A DNA stretch of 64,000 nucleotides from the NCBI GenBank assembly GCA_030265395.1, contig JARFYF010000036.1:18470943-18534942 (forward strand), given 5' to 3'. Each line of letters begins with the position of its first letter. The stretch's first letter is position 1. Position numbers and translations under genes: made by a program. This document shows, in pieces, positions 1-13,199 of the stretch. The notes beneath the pieces were generated by a model, which did not search any database, had not been told where the DNA came from, and saw only the letters and a list, made by a program, of their open reading frames with translations. This stretch comes from Rhina ancylostomus (Eukaryota).

Positions 1-704
1 TTTTGTGGATGAACTGGGAACTCTGGAGCTGAGGAACATTTAAACATTCTTTCAATTGATGCAGAGACAGAAGTAAATCAATGTTTACATCATATTTCTG
101 TTCCCACATAGAAGTGTAAAGATTAGCATCCAGTATAAATGTTTCATCAGCAGGGAGGCTATTTGCATTTTGGCACTCTACGTTGTGGTATGGTTGTGGA
201 TGTGCACAATTTCCAGAGGTTTGAATTCACTAACAGGTACTGTGATTTGTGAAGAATTTCAAGAGGGGTCAGGGTATCACCCAATGACAAGCTACACTCT
301 ACCATGTCTATTAAAATAATCTATTTTCATGATGATGATTGGTCACAAGTGGCTTAAAGATGAGTTGAACTCCTGGGACAATGGCAGCTCTCCACCGCTC
401 CTTGCACGTGAAGCCTTGCAGAGGCATGGAAAGGACAATTACATCACCACTGTAGGATGTGGTTAGAAAAATAAACAGCAAAGAATTAGTATCAATGGGA
501 AAGAATTATGCTGGATAAAGAAAAAAGCTGCTCTAAGTTAAGAAGTTCAACAACCAGCAGATCAATGCTAACTGTTGTGTTTTTGTTGCCTATCCTGTAC
601 ATCCATAATCTGGTACTACTTGATTCTTAAATGAGGAATTAACATTTCTATCAGGGCAGTTTGAGCTACTCAAAATGTTGCTCTCAGACACTACAGTGTG
701 TTTG

Positions 705-918
705 AGACACAAGTGACTGCAAATGCTGGAATCTGGAGCAAAAAACCAAACTGTTGGAGGAACTCAGTGAGTCAAGCAGCAACTGTGGAGGCAAAGGGAT
801 GGTCATGTTTTGGATCAAGATCCTGCACCAGTCCTGATGCAGGGTCCTGACTGAATTGTCGACCATCCCTTTGCCTTTACAGATACTGCTTAACCCATTG
901 AATTCCTCCCACAGTTTG
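705..918. mobile_element. Penelope-derived inverted-pLTR (foldback) element
   Basis: Left arm caaactgttggaggaactcagtgagtcaagcagcaactgtggaggcaaagggatggtc is the imperfect reverse complement of right arm gaccatccctttgcctttacagatactgcttaacccattgaattcctcccacagtttg. Degenerate hammerhead-like core cagtc-ctgatgc-agggtcctgac near 830-850. Confidence 0.8.
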
Positions 919-1277
919 AGAGTTTGGTTCAATATTTTCACCTTTTGTTGTGTGCCCTAGCCCTAAGGTTACTCAGAGCATCTTATTCATTTTATTGAGT
1001 ACTGAAGTAAAAGGGGTATAAATGATCTCATTTTGTAATCGTCCACAGGCAGCCATCTACCTTGCTTAGGCCAATATAGATGACCTTAATCCTTTACAAA
1101 TTTTAGGTGTCAAACCACCTCTAATGTCAGTAAAACCAACAGACTGTGTAGATTCAGTTCCTGTGCTCATGCCAGACAAACTGACAGTGAGAGCAGATTG
1201 TAAACCAAGCCCCATGTCAATTTAACTAACCTGCAGAATAGACTGAACCTTTGCCAAGCAGGATTCTAATACAAACC

Positions 1278-1326
1278 GCAAGTCAATTAAGGAGCTTTGC
1301 AAATCAATTAAAGAGCTTTGCAAGTC
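1278..1326. repeat. 21-bp tandem duplication (about 2.3 copies)
   Basis: gcaagtcaattaaggagcttt / gcaaatcaattaaagagcttt / gcaagtc. Confidence 0.85.
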
Positions 1327-1777
1327 TTGCATGCTTGCTTGCACCAAGCTGTTCCATACTGACCATCTCAATGTGAAAGGTGGACTACACTCCACATGTA
1401 ACAGGGAACTTTATACCTATCTAAGGCATACTTCCACTGATTTCTTTCCCTGAAAAGAAAGATAAAAATCTGTTCCTGCAACTGTAGACTGCTTTGCGGT
1501 CTGACAATTTGGAATCAACATATCATCCAAAATTGCATGACGAATTAACCAGCTATAATGGCTAAAGATAATTTTGCATAGAATAAGAATCAGGAACTCT
1601 TTCAGTCTGTGAATTCTATCTTGTAGCTTGTGTCATCTAACATTATTTAGTGATAGATCATTATTTATTGATCTTGTACTCCAGGATTCTTCCCAGCTGG
1701 AGTCAAGGACCTGGAATGGAGATACAATAATGCACTGGCTTCCAAATAAGGCAATGAATAATTTTATGACTATGTTG

Positions 1778-2090
1778 ATCAAAGCTCCAGGGACCTGACT
1801 TCAATTTTGCCCATTCTCTTTATGACCGTGTAGGCTTCTTCTGGATGTTCTGGTTTCTTCCCCCATCCAAAAGACATGTTACAGCAGCTATTCTTCAGTT
1901 GGCTGATGTATGTTATCCTTGGTGTAGGCTGCTGACAAAAAGAATCACAGGGGAATTGCTGGTCATGTGTGAGAGAGAATAAGTTGCAGGGATACATGGA
2001 AGTAAGGAGTGGGACTCAGATGAATGGGATCCCTCCCTGGAAGCCAGCAACCCTATAGTCTAAATGGCTTCCTGCTGTGTTGGTATAATT
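1778..2090 (+). mobile_element. tRNA-derived V-SINE (HE1-like), degenerate
   Basis: Head cagggacctgacttcaatt; V-core ttctctttatgaccgtgtaggcttcttctggatgttctggtttcttcccccatccaaaagacatg; CR1-like tail ctaaatggcttcctgctgtgttg. Confidence 0.65.
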
Positions 2091-2439
2091 AGAAAAGATC
2101 AGTCTGAGATTAGAACATAAGATCAGTAAGTCCATGTTTTCACAAGAATGAAATCATTTTTTCTGTGTGTATATATATATATGCATATATATAAAACTTC
2201 TCAAATAAAATCAGCACTGATTTGCAGGCTGACTAAATCTGCTCAAGGCCTGGTGAAATGATGATGCACAGAGCCAAGTTGTGCACATCATATTATGTTA
2301 CATTCTCTATAATTGCATTTTAGGTTGCTTGCGCTCAGATTTACGTGCTAATTCTTTCATTTATACCAGCTTCAATTGTGCAGATTTACACTGTATATAA
2401 CACACCAAAGAAATTATCAGTGGAGCATCAGTGCATTAA

Positions 2440-3172
2440 TGTGCTTCACCTGTGAACCTGAGGGTGTCAGTTATTACATCTGGTGCTCTGGTGTAGCCTC
2501 TTCTACATCAGTGAGATCCGATTCAGATTGGGTGACCTCTTCATCAACCACCTTCGCTCTAGCTGCCACAACAGTCAGGATCTCCCGTTGGCCATCCATT
2601 TCAATTCCACTTCCCATTCCCATGCCAACATGTCTATTCACAGCCTCCTCTACTGCCACTTTGAGGCCAGTCGCAGGTTGGAGGAGCAACACCTCATATT
2701 TCATCTTGGTGGTCTCCAACCTGATGGCATCAACATTTCTCTAACTTCTGGTAACCCCTCCCCTCTTTTCATTCCCACTCTTCCCTTCCCTTTGTTTTCC
2801 CTCATTCCTGTGGTGCCCTCACCTCTTTCCCCTCCCCCACCCTCATAACCTGCCATCTGGTTCCCCACCTCCTTCCCTTTATTCCTTGGCCTACAGTCCT
2901 CTTCCATCGAATTCCTTCTTCTCTAGCCTTTTGCCTCTTCCCCCATCACCTCTTAGCTTTTCACATCATTCCCCTTCATTCCCTTCTCACCTGGATGTAC
3001 CTATCACCTGCCAGATTGTGCTCTTCCTTTTGCCCCCACCTTTTTATTCTGGCTAATGCCCTCTTCCTTTCCTGTCCAGATGAAGGGTCTCAACCCAAAA
3101 TGTCAGCAGTTTATTTCCCTCCATTGATACTGCCTGACCTGCTGAGTTCCTCCAGCATTTTGTGTGTATTGC
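2440..3172 (+). mobile_element. Penelope-like element 3' part: GIY-YIG endonuclease remnant, pyrimidine-rich 3' region and pLTR
   Basis: FTCEPEGVSYYIWCS, then after a frameshift LFYISEIRFRLGDLFINHLRS...HFNSTSHSH...RRLEEQHLIFHLGGLQPDGINI (ORF 2483-2848), matching the PLE GIY-YIG C-terminus. Ends in pLTR gatgaagggtctcaacccaaaatgtc...ctgcctgacctgctgagttcctccagcattttgtgtg. Confidence 0.9.
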
Positions 3173-3389
3173 TTGGTGTGCTTTATTTCTATTTACTTCT
3201 TGGAGTAATCTTTGGAGTATTTGCAAATGTAAGTGCCCTTGAAACAAAATTCATTGATATAACTGCAATACTTTGAAGATTATATCTATTAACAATTTCT
3301 ATGTCTGAGAGTTTTCCTCTTAAGTAGTGGAGAGAGTTTTATAACATCCTATCATTCTTTATCCAAAGAACAAGGAAGTCACAAGGGAA

Positions 3390-4030
3390 AGCCAGTATGT
3401 TGTCTCAAAAATGCACAGGAACTACCTGAAAAAGTAGTGAAGGATGGATATCTGAGGGCTTTGGTGTGCTCATCAGAAGCAGTTTGATAAGGTTCTGTAT
3501 CAAGGTTTGCAAAGAAGATAAAAGTACATGCAACTGAAGACAAATTAGCCAGATGGATAGAAAATTGGATAAGCAATAAAGTGCAGAAGGCAATGATAAA
3601 TGAACATGGTTATTTCTTGGGGATGCTGGCAGGTTGAGTTCTTCTGAGATCCTATCTAGGTCAATTTTCTTTATACCATTCATATAAATAATATAGAGAT
3701 TGGCAATGCTAATAAGATTAGAAGAAATCTGAATCGCAAAAGGTCATGCAAACAACCATCAGGTATAATAGTGAATAAAATTACTCAGGTGGACTTGGTC
3801 AAACTCAGAACTGGGAAATAATAAATTAGATTTAAGGTGGTTAAATATGGAAGATAATTTACATTGATTCAGGAAACAAGAACTGTAGGTTGATGTCCTA
3901 CTGACAGCAGTATAAATTCCAGAATGTTTCTGTACAATTATCAATCATGTCCAAAAAAATATTCAGTTAATGTAACATTGGAGGTTAGCAAGGCAAATCA
4001 TGACTCTGGTGTGTCCTGAAAGCGTTTTAT
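3390..4030 (+). mobile_element. Old CR1 LINE RT fragment (probably resumes at about 4440-4800)
   Basis: Translates with frameshifts to QKQFDKV...KKIKVHATEDKLARWIENWISNKVQK, matching CR1 F.KAFDKV...WI..WL..R.QRV. Confidence 0.65.
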
Positions 4031-4034
4031 TTTA

Positions 4035-4380
4035 TAGAATCACATAAAAATTACATAAAAGTTGTAAAAGAAGACAGGCCATTTGACCCAAATGGTCCAC
4101 ACTGCATTAATGATCCCAACAGTTTCCATTCATCTCTCTTTATCTACCGCCTTACAGTATATTTTTCTATTTCTTTTTCATCCTTATCTAGATTCCCTTT
4201 AAATGTAATAATACTATTCACATCAGCTATTTCTTTTGGTCACCGGCTTTACATTATTACCTTTGCATAGGCTGAAGAAATTTCTTGTGCATTTCCCAGT
4301 GGACTGACCAATGCCTATCTGATGTTTGTGGCCTGCAATTTTGGTCTCTCCCACAAGTAGAAATCTAAGAATCTCAGGTT
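4035..4380 (-). mobile_element. CR1 LINE 3' end
   Basis: agaagacaggccatttgaccc...gaagaaatttcttgtgcatttccc...ctgatgtttgtggcctgcaattttggtctctcccacaagtagaaa is the reverse complement of a CR1 ORF2 end and 3' UTR. Confidence 0.6.
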
Positions 4381-5887
4381 ATCATTATTCATAGATAAAA
4401 ATATATTGGAAATACTTTACAGTTTTAGTCACTTCAGCTTTAAAAATACATTAATACATTGCTGAGGCTACAAGTATTGCAGGATTCAGGCCGCTAAGTC
4501 ATAATGATAGACTATCAGAATTGAAATTATTTTTCACTGCAGAAAAGAATTGAGTCTCTATGATTCGGGTCTTTAGCATAACGGATAATATTGATGTAAC
4601 TTTGTTTAATTTTGAGTATGATCCTGAGACTAGAGGGCATAACTACAAAGTACAACAACAAAGATTAAAATGACTTTTTTCCTCACAGATCATTGATGCA
4701 TAGGATTGATTTCCTTCAGGAAATATGAATTCAATGAACTAATTTAAAATGAATGGCATAATTATCTACCTAGAAATGGAATTTGAAGCTAATTATGATA
4801 AATGTAGACATTTGCAATTAAATAATTTAGCCAACATTGAGATGCATGTCATATAGGACATGACAATATTATCCAGATGAAGTCCATGGTTTAGGCTTCT
4901 TATAGGTGTTACCATACAGCAAACAATTTAAATAAGAGTCATGCCAATGTCAGTCACGCACAGTCTAATGAAGATAATGAGCTTAGTCATCTCCATGGCC
5001 TTTTATTGTAATAAACTTTCTTTATATACATTCTGTTTGGAAAATGATTGCTGCACTTAAATCTGAAAGAAAACTAGAACCTCTAGTTCTAGAACTTATG
5101 AGCAAGTTACAGAGCCGATCTTTCTTGGTTATCATTGTCCTGGAATTTGCAATTATAATGACAGTAAAACCATCAAAGCTTGCCATCATTACAACAATTT
5201 CTGGCATCCATCCATACATAAGTATTTGACTGTGGAATTCTGGAAATTGCTGTTTGTGATGCCCTGCACTTCCATAAGAGCTGCTGATGCAGCCTTTGGA
5301 AATGCAATCAATACAAAATTAGTATCTTGATGAATATTTCGATTATATATGTACTACTTTTTTCTGTATAAATAAATGAAAATGATATACTATGTGGAAT
5401 GAGATTAATGATGTACCAAGCATGATTATTGCTGAACAATCTTTCTCTTGGAAGAAAGTTAAAAATTTGATTGTTTAAAAACTGATTTTACTACTTTAAA
5501 GTACATGACATTTCAGCTTGCACCATAGACTCATGTGCAAGTCACAACCTTTATTTTGCTTGCAATGATTACAGTGTAAATTACAACCGTTTTTATCCTA
5601 CTCCACTGTCCAGAAGTTTTCAGTCTCATTGGCTGATCAGTCTACCTAATGCTGAATGCCATAGATTGCTGATAGACGGCATCAATTCATAGTGACAAAG
5701 CAAGCCTGATCTTTGTGAGCAGGTTTTTTTTGCAAGGTCCACAATAAACAAAGTCGTTCCTTTATAAACTCCCTAACCACTTTTTTTTTAAAAGTTCAAA
5801 TCAAAGGAAGCAATGCTGGAGAGTGAGAGGAAATAGTATTTGGGAGGTTCAGAAGGAACTTTTGCATATTTCAGACTGGAATGATGG

Positions 5888-6007
5888 AGTCATAGCAAGA
5901 TACAGCACAGAAACAGCCATTTCAGCCCATCAAATCTGTGCCAACCATCGTCTCCCATTTACACTAGTCCCACATTTATCCATCTTTTATTCTCCCCGCA
6001 TTCCCCT
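5888..6007 (-). mobile_element. CR1-type tail of a SINE or LINE
   Basis: gtcatagcaagatacagcacagaaacagccatttcagccc...ttattctccccgcattcccc. Confidence 0.55.
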
Positions 6008-7229
6008 GAGCTAAAATGAAATGAGAGTTTTCTTTATTCATGTTAACGTGAAATGAGATTAGGCATAAGGATACTCAGACCATAAGGATAACTGGTCTAG
6101 GAAATGGCAACGTTTCTGCACTCACGCAATAATGTCTGTTTTCTGAGGTCGGGTTGAAAGAAGTTATCGGCAGCACATAGAGAGAATTCCTCTGCAGCCT
6201 GCTGCACCACATCTGATCTCAGTGTGCTTGATATTGACCTTGGGGTGGGGGGGGTGGGGTAGAAGTGGAAAAAGTGTCAATCTCATACCAACTTTTCTCA
6301 CTTTGATGAACACAGAATTTAGTAAGGGGGATAAAAAAGGCCCTCATCTCAGCTTCCATCAACATACAGGCAATTTGAAGTTGAGGAAACAAAACATAAT
6401 TGTAATGGTCTTTATTGTATTTCAAAGATTTTTCAAAAGCTATGTCTGCTCAAAATTTTACTGACTTTGATAATGTAAATGATGCAATGCACTTTAAAAT
6501 AATCATTTGATGCAGACTGATCCTTAATTTTTGTCCAGACAATCGAAAATCATATAAAAGCCTTGTGTCGCCAATAGCTTTTAGGAACTTGAAGTTAAAT
6601 AATTTCTTTCATCTTAATTCAGTTCCAGGCAGACAGGAATCCACAGGCAAAATGGCTATTGTCTTCTATGAGCAAATTAGTATTTTATCAGCATCCTTGA
6701 TTACATCATGAAATTTGTAATCAATCTAACTCTTCCTCTGCAGCCTCAGATTCTCAATACAGCAGTGGTTGATTTTCAGGTCTCTTGCAACCCTTCAGCA
6801 GAACTTCTGTTTTAAAGAAAATGAGAGTGTATAATTTTCTCAGTGACAGTCACTCTTAAACCAAGTCAAACTCTCAAAAATGGCATTCTCAATATTTCAA
6901 TAATAGATCCTTAATTATAGAGAAATATCCATTGTATCTTTCTTCTTTGAGAGGGATTTCATCCTCGTACCTCTCAAGTAGAATATAAGGAAAGTGCTGC
7001 CATAAGATCCACAACACACTGTAGACTTAAACAGTGAAGCAGCAAGCCCAATAGGAATAATAAAAGGAAGGAGCACTCTCTAGTACTGACCAATATACCA
7101 AAACAGTTCATATTATTGCCAGTGATGGCACAGAAATGGGCATTGTAGAATGTTATGAGAAACATCTATAGTATCTTCTGTTTATTTCAGACTTCCACCA
7201 TCTGCATTATTTTGCATTGGATTGAAAGT

Positions 7230-7570
7230 AGTTGTTGTTTTGCAAACAAGTATTGCAGCAAATTGGTTTGCCTCAGATGACGATGAGATTAATGTGCTTT
7301 TGGTGGTCTTGGTCGAGGGATACATACTGAGCAGAATCCAAGAAAATGTATCCTCTTGGAATAATGTTGAATGATCTATTTTTGATCCATCTGTGCAGGT
7401 AGACAGCAAATTTATCACATCAACTGAAAGTTGGCTTCTCTGATAATAACAATGTAGTTCTGCCTTAGTATTGCAATAAACTGTTGACCTAAATTGTGTG
7501 CATTAGAGCAGGACTTCCATCCACAGCCTTCTGTTTTAAAGGTGAGAGAATTAAAAATGAACCAAGCTGA
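7230..7570 (-). mobile_element. Deu-SINE (SacSINE1-like)
   Basis: Reverse-strand Deu core ggtcgagggatacatactgagcag...gatctatttttgatccatctg...ctgaaagttggcttctctgata and tRNA-like head caggacttccatccacagccttctgttttaaaggtgagag. Confidence 0.65.
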
Positions 7571-10500
7571 TATGCTTGTAAATTGTCAAATACATTCTGT
7601 TTTTGGCAAACTATTTTTATGCAGACACCATTTCTATGAAACCAGTATCCCTTTAATTAAATATAAGGGATTTCTAGAATCCTACAATAAAAATGAGCTC
7701 TACAAAGGGAATCGTTATTTTATCAAGCACAGCAGTTGAACAGGACCATATTTCTCTGTTTGTTGAAGTAACATTACCAGGTTTGTTCTGATTACCTGCT
7801 GATCCATAAAATGTTCTTACGCAGTTGAAGGTTGAAGCTATTGATTTTTTTTCACAAGCTATCATCATTTTGACCTTGACAGTGACTATTGAAACATTAA
7901 GCCTTATCAGTTGTGATTACAGTTCTGGAGAATGGGAAGGCTGGGGGTTGGGAAGATGAAACAAACAAACTAGTGATGAACAGAATCAAGATAAGTTCCA
8001 TATGATGTTAGGAAAAGCAGAACTGAAACGCCAACCCACTGGTCACCATTTTCCTGAATGCTTTGGACTGTTATTTGGTTCCCAGCAATGGTTATCAGCT
8101 GCCCAGCATTGTGCTCCTGCCTGGAAATCAGCAACTGGTTTTGGGTGGGAGACTCACTGTAGATAGTAGGATCCAGCATGGGAGTTAAAATCTTCTGAGG
8201 CTCAAAGTTTGTCATTGAGCTTGGCCACAACCCACCTGATTCAGAATCAAACCATGGAAATTCAGTTCAGAAAATATATACCTTTTCTGTTTATTCTTCA
8301 TTCACAGATGCTTCCTGACAAAGTATAAAGGTCTTGGCATTTCCTCTATATGAATGGTGGTGATAATTATCTTCTTGTTGTCATTGGAAAACCATATGTT
8401 ATAATAACATCACTCTTCACTGTGGATTTCTGTGCCTTTGAAATAATATGTACGAATGGCAAAAGAAAGAATTATCTCACTGCACAAATTAACATGTAAC
8501 ACCTTACTACTTTACATGTGATGCTACCTCACTTCACTTGCTTTTGTCACACTGCTTGGCTCACCTTATTTGCTTTAATTGCAATGTGATAGTGTTGAAT
8601 GTCTCTAATGAACAGAACAGTCAAGTGTGCATTTCTCTAGCAATGCCAACAGCTCCAAAAGAAACTGTCACAAGAAAAAAAATGGTGTTGTTTTGAAACA
8701 TCATTAGTACATTGCAGTTGTTCATATTCTATAAAAAATTGATGATGAAAATTATTTTACATACTGTTAAACAACCATAGCTTTAGCAAACTTTAGATAT
8801 TAATGAAGTGGAATTGTTAACATTTTCAATTGCATTTTACATATTCTATCTATTCCAAAGGGTAAACCATTCTTACCCTTCGGCACTTGTTGTCCATTAC
8901 ATTGGTTGTCATAACTCAAGGTAAAAATCAATATTTAGTAAAACAATTTTTAGTCATCTACATAACTTCACTAAAGACTATGGCAGCAGTTTTAGGAACT
9001 GCAAGATTGAGAGCAACACTAGTTCTATGCCCCTATTAATTGCATTCTCTTTTGAAATCAATGAAGAATAATATTTTGCAAGGTGTTAAACCATCATCCC
9101 ACAGATTACCTGCCCAGCAAGTTAGCTTACTATTACCTCACCGCTACAGAGGCACTAGAATTTCAGTGTGGCACCATACACCTTGTCTGTTTATGAACTG
9201 GTTGGATGGGCCAATTTTCGATTTGTTAACTGCTCAAATAATGACTTGTTTTTTTTTCTGGCTTCCAGCAATTAGCAATAGATCTTGAAGGGCCAGAGTT
9301 ATGCTTGCAACAAGATTACTTATTCTACTCATGCTTTATACATTAATCGAGCATTTCATTAGACAGGCTTCAATCTTATAAGGCATTGACCCACAACTAA
9401 TTCTTTACACATGTTGAAGTGCAAGTGCATTCATGTCAAGATCCAGCCTTGCCTGTTTGGTAATTAAGTCAGAGAAATTACATTTGAAGATCCATAAGTA
9501 AAACTAGTCTCCGCACAAACTATACAATTAATTGCAAGTTTCCCACACCAAGTACCTGCAGAATAAGCCTTAAGTTAAATATGTGAGTTTAAAAGTTCTG
9601 AGATGTGTCTCAGGTGGTATAGTGTAGGAGCTTAAGGATGTAAAGGATGTTGATGGGACACCTGGAAGAGAGAATGGGTTAATATCAAAATTGTTTCTAG
9701 CGTGTATAAACCAACATCTTGATACACAGGATGTAAAACAAAGGTGGGACATTATTGGAGGATGGGGAAGACATTGTGGGTGTTCCCTCCATGGTGAATT
9801 TGGAAGTGGATAATGGGCCTCAAAAGAAATTCCACCAGTTCTGTCCAATATGTGACCACCGTGACCAACAAGGCAGACAGTAACCGAAGATACAGAATGG
9901 CAGACAGCTGATGGTGGAGCAAGGCTTCTGAATTTTCTAGGTTTTTATGTCAATATATTATTGGTGTTGATGTTCACCCACAGGTTCTGCTGGAGACTAG
10001 TGGGAGACAATTCTCACCAGTTGGGGAAGTAGATTGGGTGAGACAGAGCAGTCTGGAAATAGTGATATTAAAGTATCCAGTGGAATCCAGAGCAGAGAAG
10101 GCCAAAGATTTACTGATAGGATCTTGAGAGCTTTCCTTCTTCTTCCAGTTTTCTTTATTTAAATTAACTTTACCAACCCTACCTAAGCTTGTGAGTGGCA
10201 GCCAAGGTTTCACGTCAGGTGAAGCTGGCACTGAACATTGAAAGCACCACAGCAAAACAAAATCAGGTTGCTTATTACACTGCATGTGAATGGCATTGTC
10301 ACATTTACGAGGCCAATAAAGCTAATCCTGTTGCCTTAGTTGCTTTTCACTGGGCCTGGTTACAGGATGTTGTCAATCTAATATGCAATTATACAGTATC
10401 TGTCCATCTCAACAGTAGAGAGTTTCAGTAAAACTTTCAAGAAGTCATTTTTTTTTCTGAGGCAGTGCCAGAAGCCTTTTTCTTTAGCTCAAAGTGTTCT

Positions 10501-11305
10501 TCAAGAACTTTGGGTTAAGTCATGCACCCAAATAATTGCCTGGCAACCTTTAACTGCAACATTCTTATCTGTTGTGCAGCAAGCACAACCAATGGACTCC
10601 ACATTGTTACTGAACTCTAGTTCAGTAGACCTTGCTACAGGTTTGTGACTGAATGTAGCCTGGCATTATGGAGTTTTTCTTTCATTGTGGGACACCCAGT
10701 GTCTGTCATGAACTTACACCTGGCTTATGGTTAATCATCATCTCATACTGATAAACTGACTTATCAGTTCACAGGGATGACACGGGAAAATTTGCAATTT
10801 GCAGACAATCCTGGTTGGACTTTTCTCATTAACATTTGAATGTTATGTTAACTATCTCAGTGGGCATGACATATTGTCATATCTTCTCTTGCTCGGGTTA
10901 TCTTTCACAACAGCCCTACATACCCTTCAAAATAATATAGAACAATATAATAATAGATCCATAAATAAATAAATTTAATTGATAAATAATAGTATATAAA
11001 ATGGCATTAATAGAACATGAACAATAGACCTTGTGTTTCTTACCCATCCAATAACTTTTCATCCAGATCATTACTTTGCTTTTTTTAACCTTTATTTTGT
11101 GTTGCCTAAGCAAAAGCCTTCTAAATTACTTAGAAGCAATTGTTTCTTCAAACAAATCTGGGAAGTGTGTTAAGCTTTACCTTTAAGAAGTCCCCAGTGA
11201 GTGCCACTGATTCATTTAAGTGTGGTTAATGAGGACCTGAATTATGGATTCCATGTGGTTCTCCAGAACTGAGAAGGATTGGTATAGGTCAATGCAGCAA
11301 AGTCT

Positions 11306-11415
11306 ATGGAGCTAAAGGAGTGAACAGAACTGAGGTACAGATCCACCATGATCTAACTGAATGACAGAACAGAGATGAAAGGTTGACTGGCCTGTTCCCC
11401 TGAGTATGTTTCTAT
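11306..11415 (+). mobile_element. CR1 3' UTR fragment
   Basis: gaggtacagatccaccatgatctaactgaatgacagaacagagatgaaaggttgactggcctgttcc. Confidence 0.55.
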
Positions 11416-11649
11416 ACTGCAAACTAAGCTCATGGTCTAAGGTTTTATGGTTAGTTACAAATGATTCCTTTACCTGGAGTCTGCTGCCATTTGGGGGAAG
11501 AAATACAAGAACTAAATCCAACCTAAAAGTATCCCACTTTTGCTTAACATAAGTGTTCAAATATTCAGATTAAATTTAGCATAAACTGGCTGCTTTGAGT
11601 ACATCTTGAAGTAAATGATCAATCTTTTTAATAAATAACAAGACGTCTC

Positions 11650-11810
11650 CTCAAGCCTGTCATTCTCTGCCGCTCTGTAGCTGGATCCTCTGTACACTGG
11701 AGAAACTCTAATTGCAATTTTGATTTATCTCCTCAGTTCTAGCTTAGTCTCCCAGACCCATCTTATTTTCTTCAGACTCAATGTTGAACTGCCAGTGGGG
11801 CTTTCCACTA
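11650..11810 (+). mobile_element. Highly decayed Penelope GIY-YIG remnant
   Basis: ctgtacactggagaaact = LYTGET; catcttattttcttcagactcaatgttgaactgccagtggggctt = HLIFFRLNVELPVGL (cf. HLIFRLGTLQP.GLN). Confidence 0.45.
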
Positions 11811-12077
11811 TAGCACAGAGTTTCTGTGAGTAATACCCATCTACCATCACCACTACCCCTCCCAACATAATCTTGTTTGTCCCTCGACCTCACGGCTCTC
11901 CAATCTGTCTCTTTTCTGCTTGATTTGTTTTGACCTTCTAAAACAAAAGCCTGATTTATTCTTTATCTATTTTTTCTATTGTTTCAGTTCACTTTGCACC
12001 TTTTAATTACAAGGATCAATCCTTTCCTGCAGTTTACTTTATCATGTGCCTATTTCACTCTGCTGTTTCATCAAGCT

Positions 12078-12176
12078 CAGAATCAGAATCAGGTCTATTA
12101 TCACTGACATATATTGTGAAATGTGTTGTTTTGCGACAGCAGTACAGTGCAAGACATAAAAATTACTATAAGTTAA
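12078..12176 (-). mobile_element. Rex1/Babar-type LINE 3' tail
   Basis: (cagaat)n microsatellite then ggtctattatcactgacatatattgtgaaatgtgttgttttgcgacagcagtacagtgcaagacataaaaattac. Confidence 0.55.
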
Positions 12177-12905
12177 TAGCTGTCATTGTTACCAGCTAAT
12201 CTGCCTCATTACTTCTGCAGCATTTCCTATTTGATGCCTTTTCTTGTCTGTTTTGTTTTAAGATACTTCTGTTTTCCTTTTGGTGTTATCCCACAACTTC
12301 CTTGTTCACTTATTCTTGAGTTTTTAAAAGGAAAATACTGCTCATCCTCGCCTACAACAAGTTCAGCTCCATATATAAAGGGTTCTAAGATGTGTAGTGT
12401 TTAACACATCAAAAATAAAGCAAACAATGTGATATTGTATTTTGTCTGTATTTTCCAAAGCCAAGGAAGTTGGAACAGTAAATAATCCTTCAGCCAGTGG
12501 AAGTTAGTGAGGTTCTGTGTATTTTGCCTATTTTACATTTGAAAAATCATCCCCAGACATCTTCATTTTTCCTACAGAATAATATTTTGACATAAAANNN
12601 NNNNNNNNNNNNNNNNNNNNNNNNNNNNNNNNNNNNNNNNNNNNNNNNNNNNNNNNNNNNNNNNNNNNNNNNNNNNNNNNNNNNNNNNNNNNNNNNNNNN
12701 NNNNNNNNNNNNNNNNNNNNNNNNNNNNNNNNNNNNNNNNNNNNNNNNNNNNNNNNNNNNNNNNNNNNNNNNNNNNNNNNNNNNNNNNNNNNNNNNNNNN
12801 NNNNNNNNNNNNNNNNNNNNNNNNNNNNNNNNNNNNNNNNNNNNNNNNNNNNNNNNNNNNNNNNNNNNNNNNNNNNNNNNNNNNNNNNNNNNNNNNNNNN
12901 NNNNA

Positions 12906-13158
12906 GGAACTCAGCAGGCTAGGCAGCATCCATGGAGAAAAGCAGGAAGTCAATGTTTCGTGTCAGGACCCTTCCTCAGGACTGACGATAGGAAAAGGGG
13001 AAGCCCAATATATAGGAGGGAAAAGCAGAGCAGTAATAGGTGATTTGTCATAGTTGACCATCTGCTTTTCTCCACGGATGCTGCCTGACCTGCTGAGTTC
13101 CTTCAACATCATAGTGTTTTTCATCTAGGTTCCAGCATTTGCAGTCCTTTGTTTCTCT
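12906..13158. mobile_element. Penelope-derived inverted-pLTR element, young subfamily
   Basis: Left arm ggaactcagcaggctaggcagcatccatggagaaaagcagg against right arm ctgcttttctccacggatgctgcctgacctgctgagttcc. Minus-strand hammerhead motif gtc-CTGAGGA-agggtcctgacac-GAAA-ca-TT-gac at about 12949-12982. Left end lies in a gap. Confidence 0.85.
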
Positions 13159-13199
13159 GCTAATTCAAATCATGGCATATGCCATCCAAAAATGTCTGA

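Noticed and set aside
315-480. Minus-strand acceptor-like site (ttttctaaccacatcctacag) and short open frame GDVIVLSMPLQGF...
   Set aside because: Peptide not recognisable and no supporting neighbouring exons.
2376-2907. Cluster of overlapping ORFs up to 122 aa
   Set aside because: Explained by the frameshifted Penelope GIY-YIG remnant and its antisense frames; not a host gene.
6120-6215. Minus-strand CpG-containing stretch ending in a gtgagt donor-like site
   Set aside because: No pyrimidine tract at the putative acceptor and no recognisable peptide in the open frames.
9600-9830. Possible Penelope RT remnant on minus strand (KFTME...); similar weak hint at 41000-41440
   Set aside because: Only short motifs; insufficient without a search.
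12528-12953. Long ORFs running through N-gaps (also 13630, 25548, 55762, 63251)
   Set aside because: Their length is an artefact of Ns containing no stop codons.
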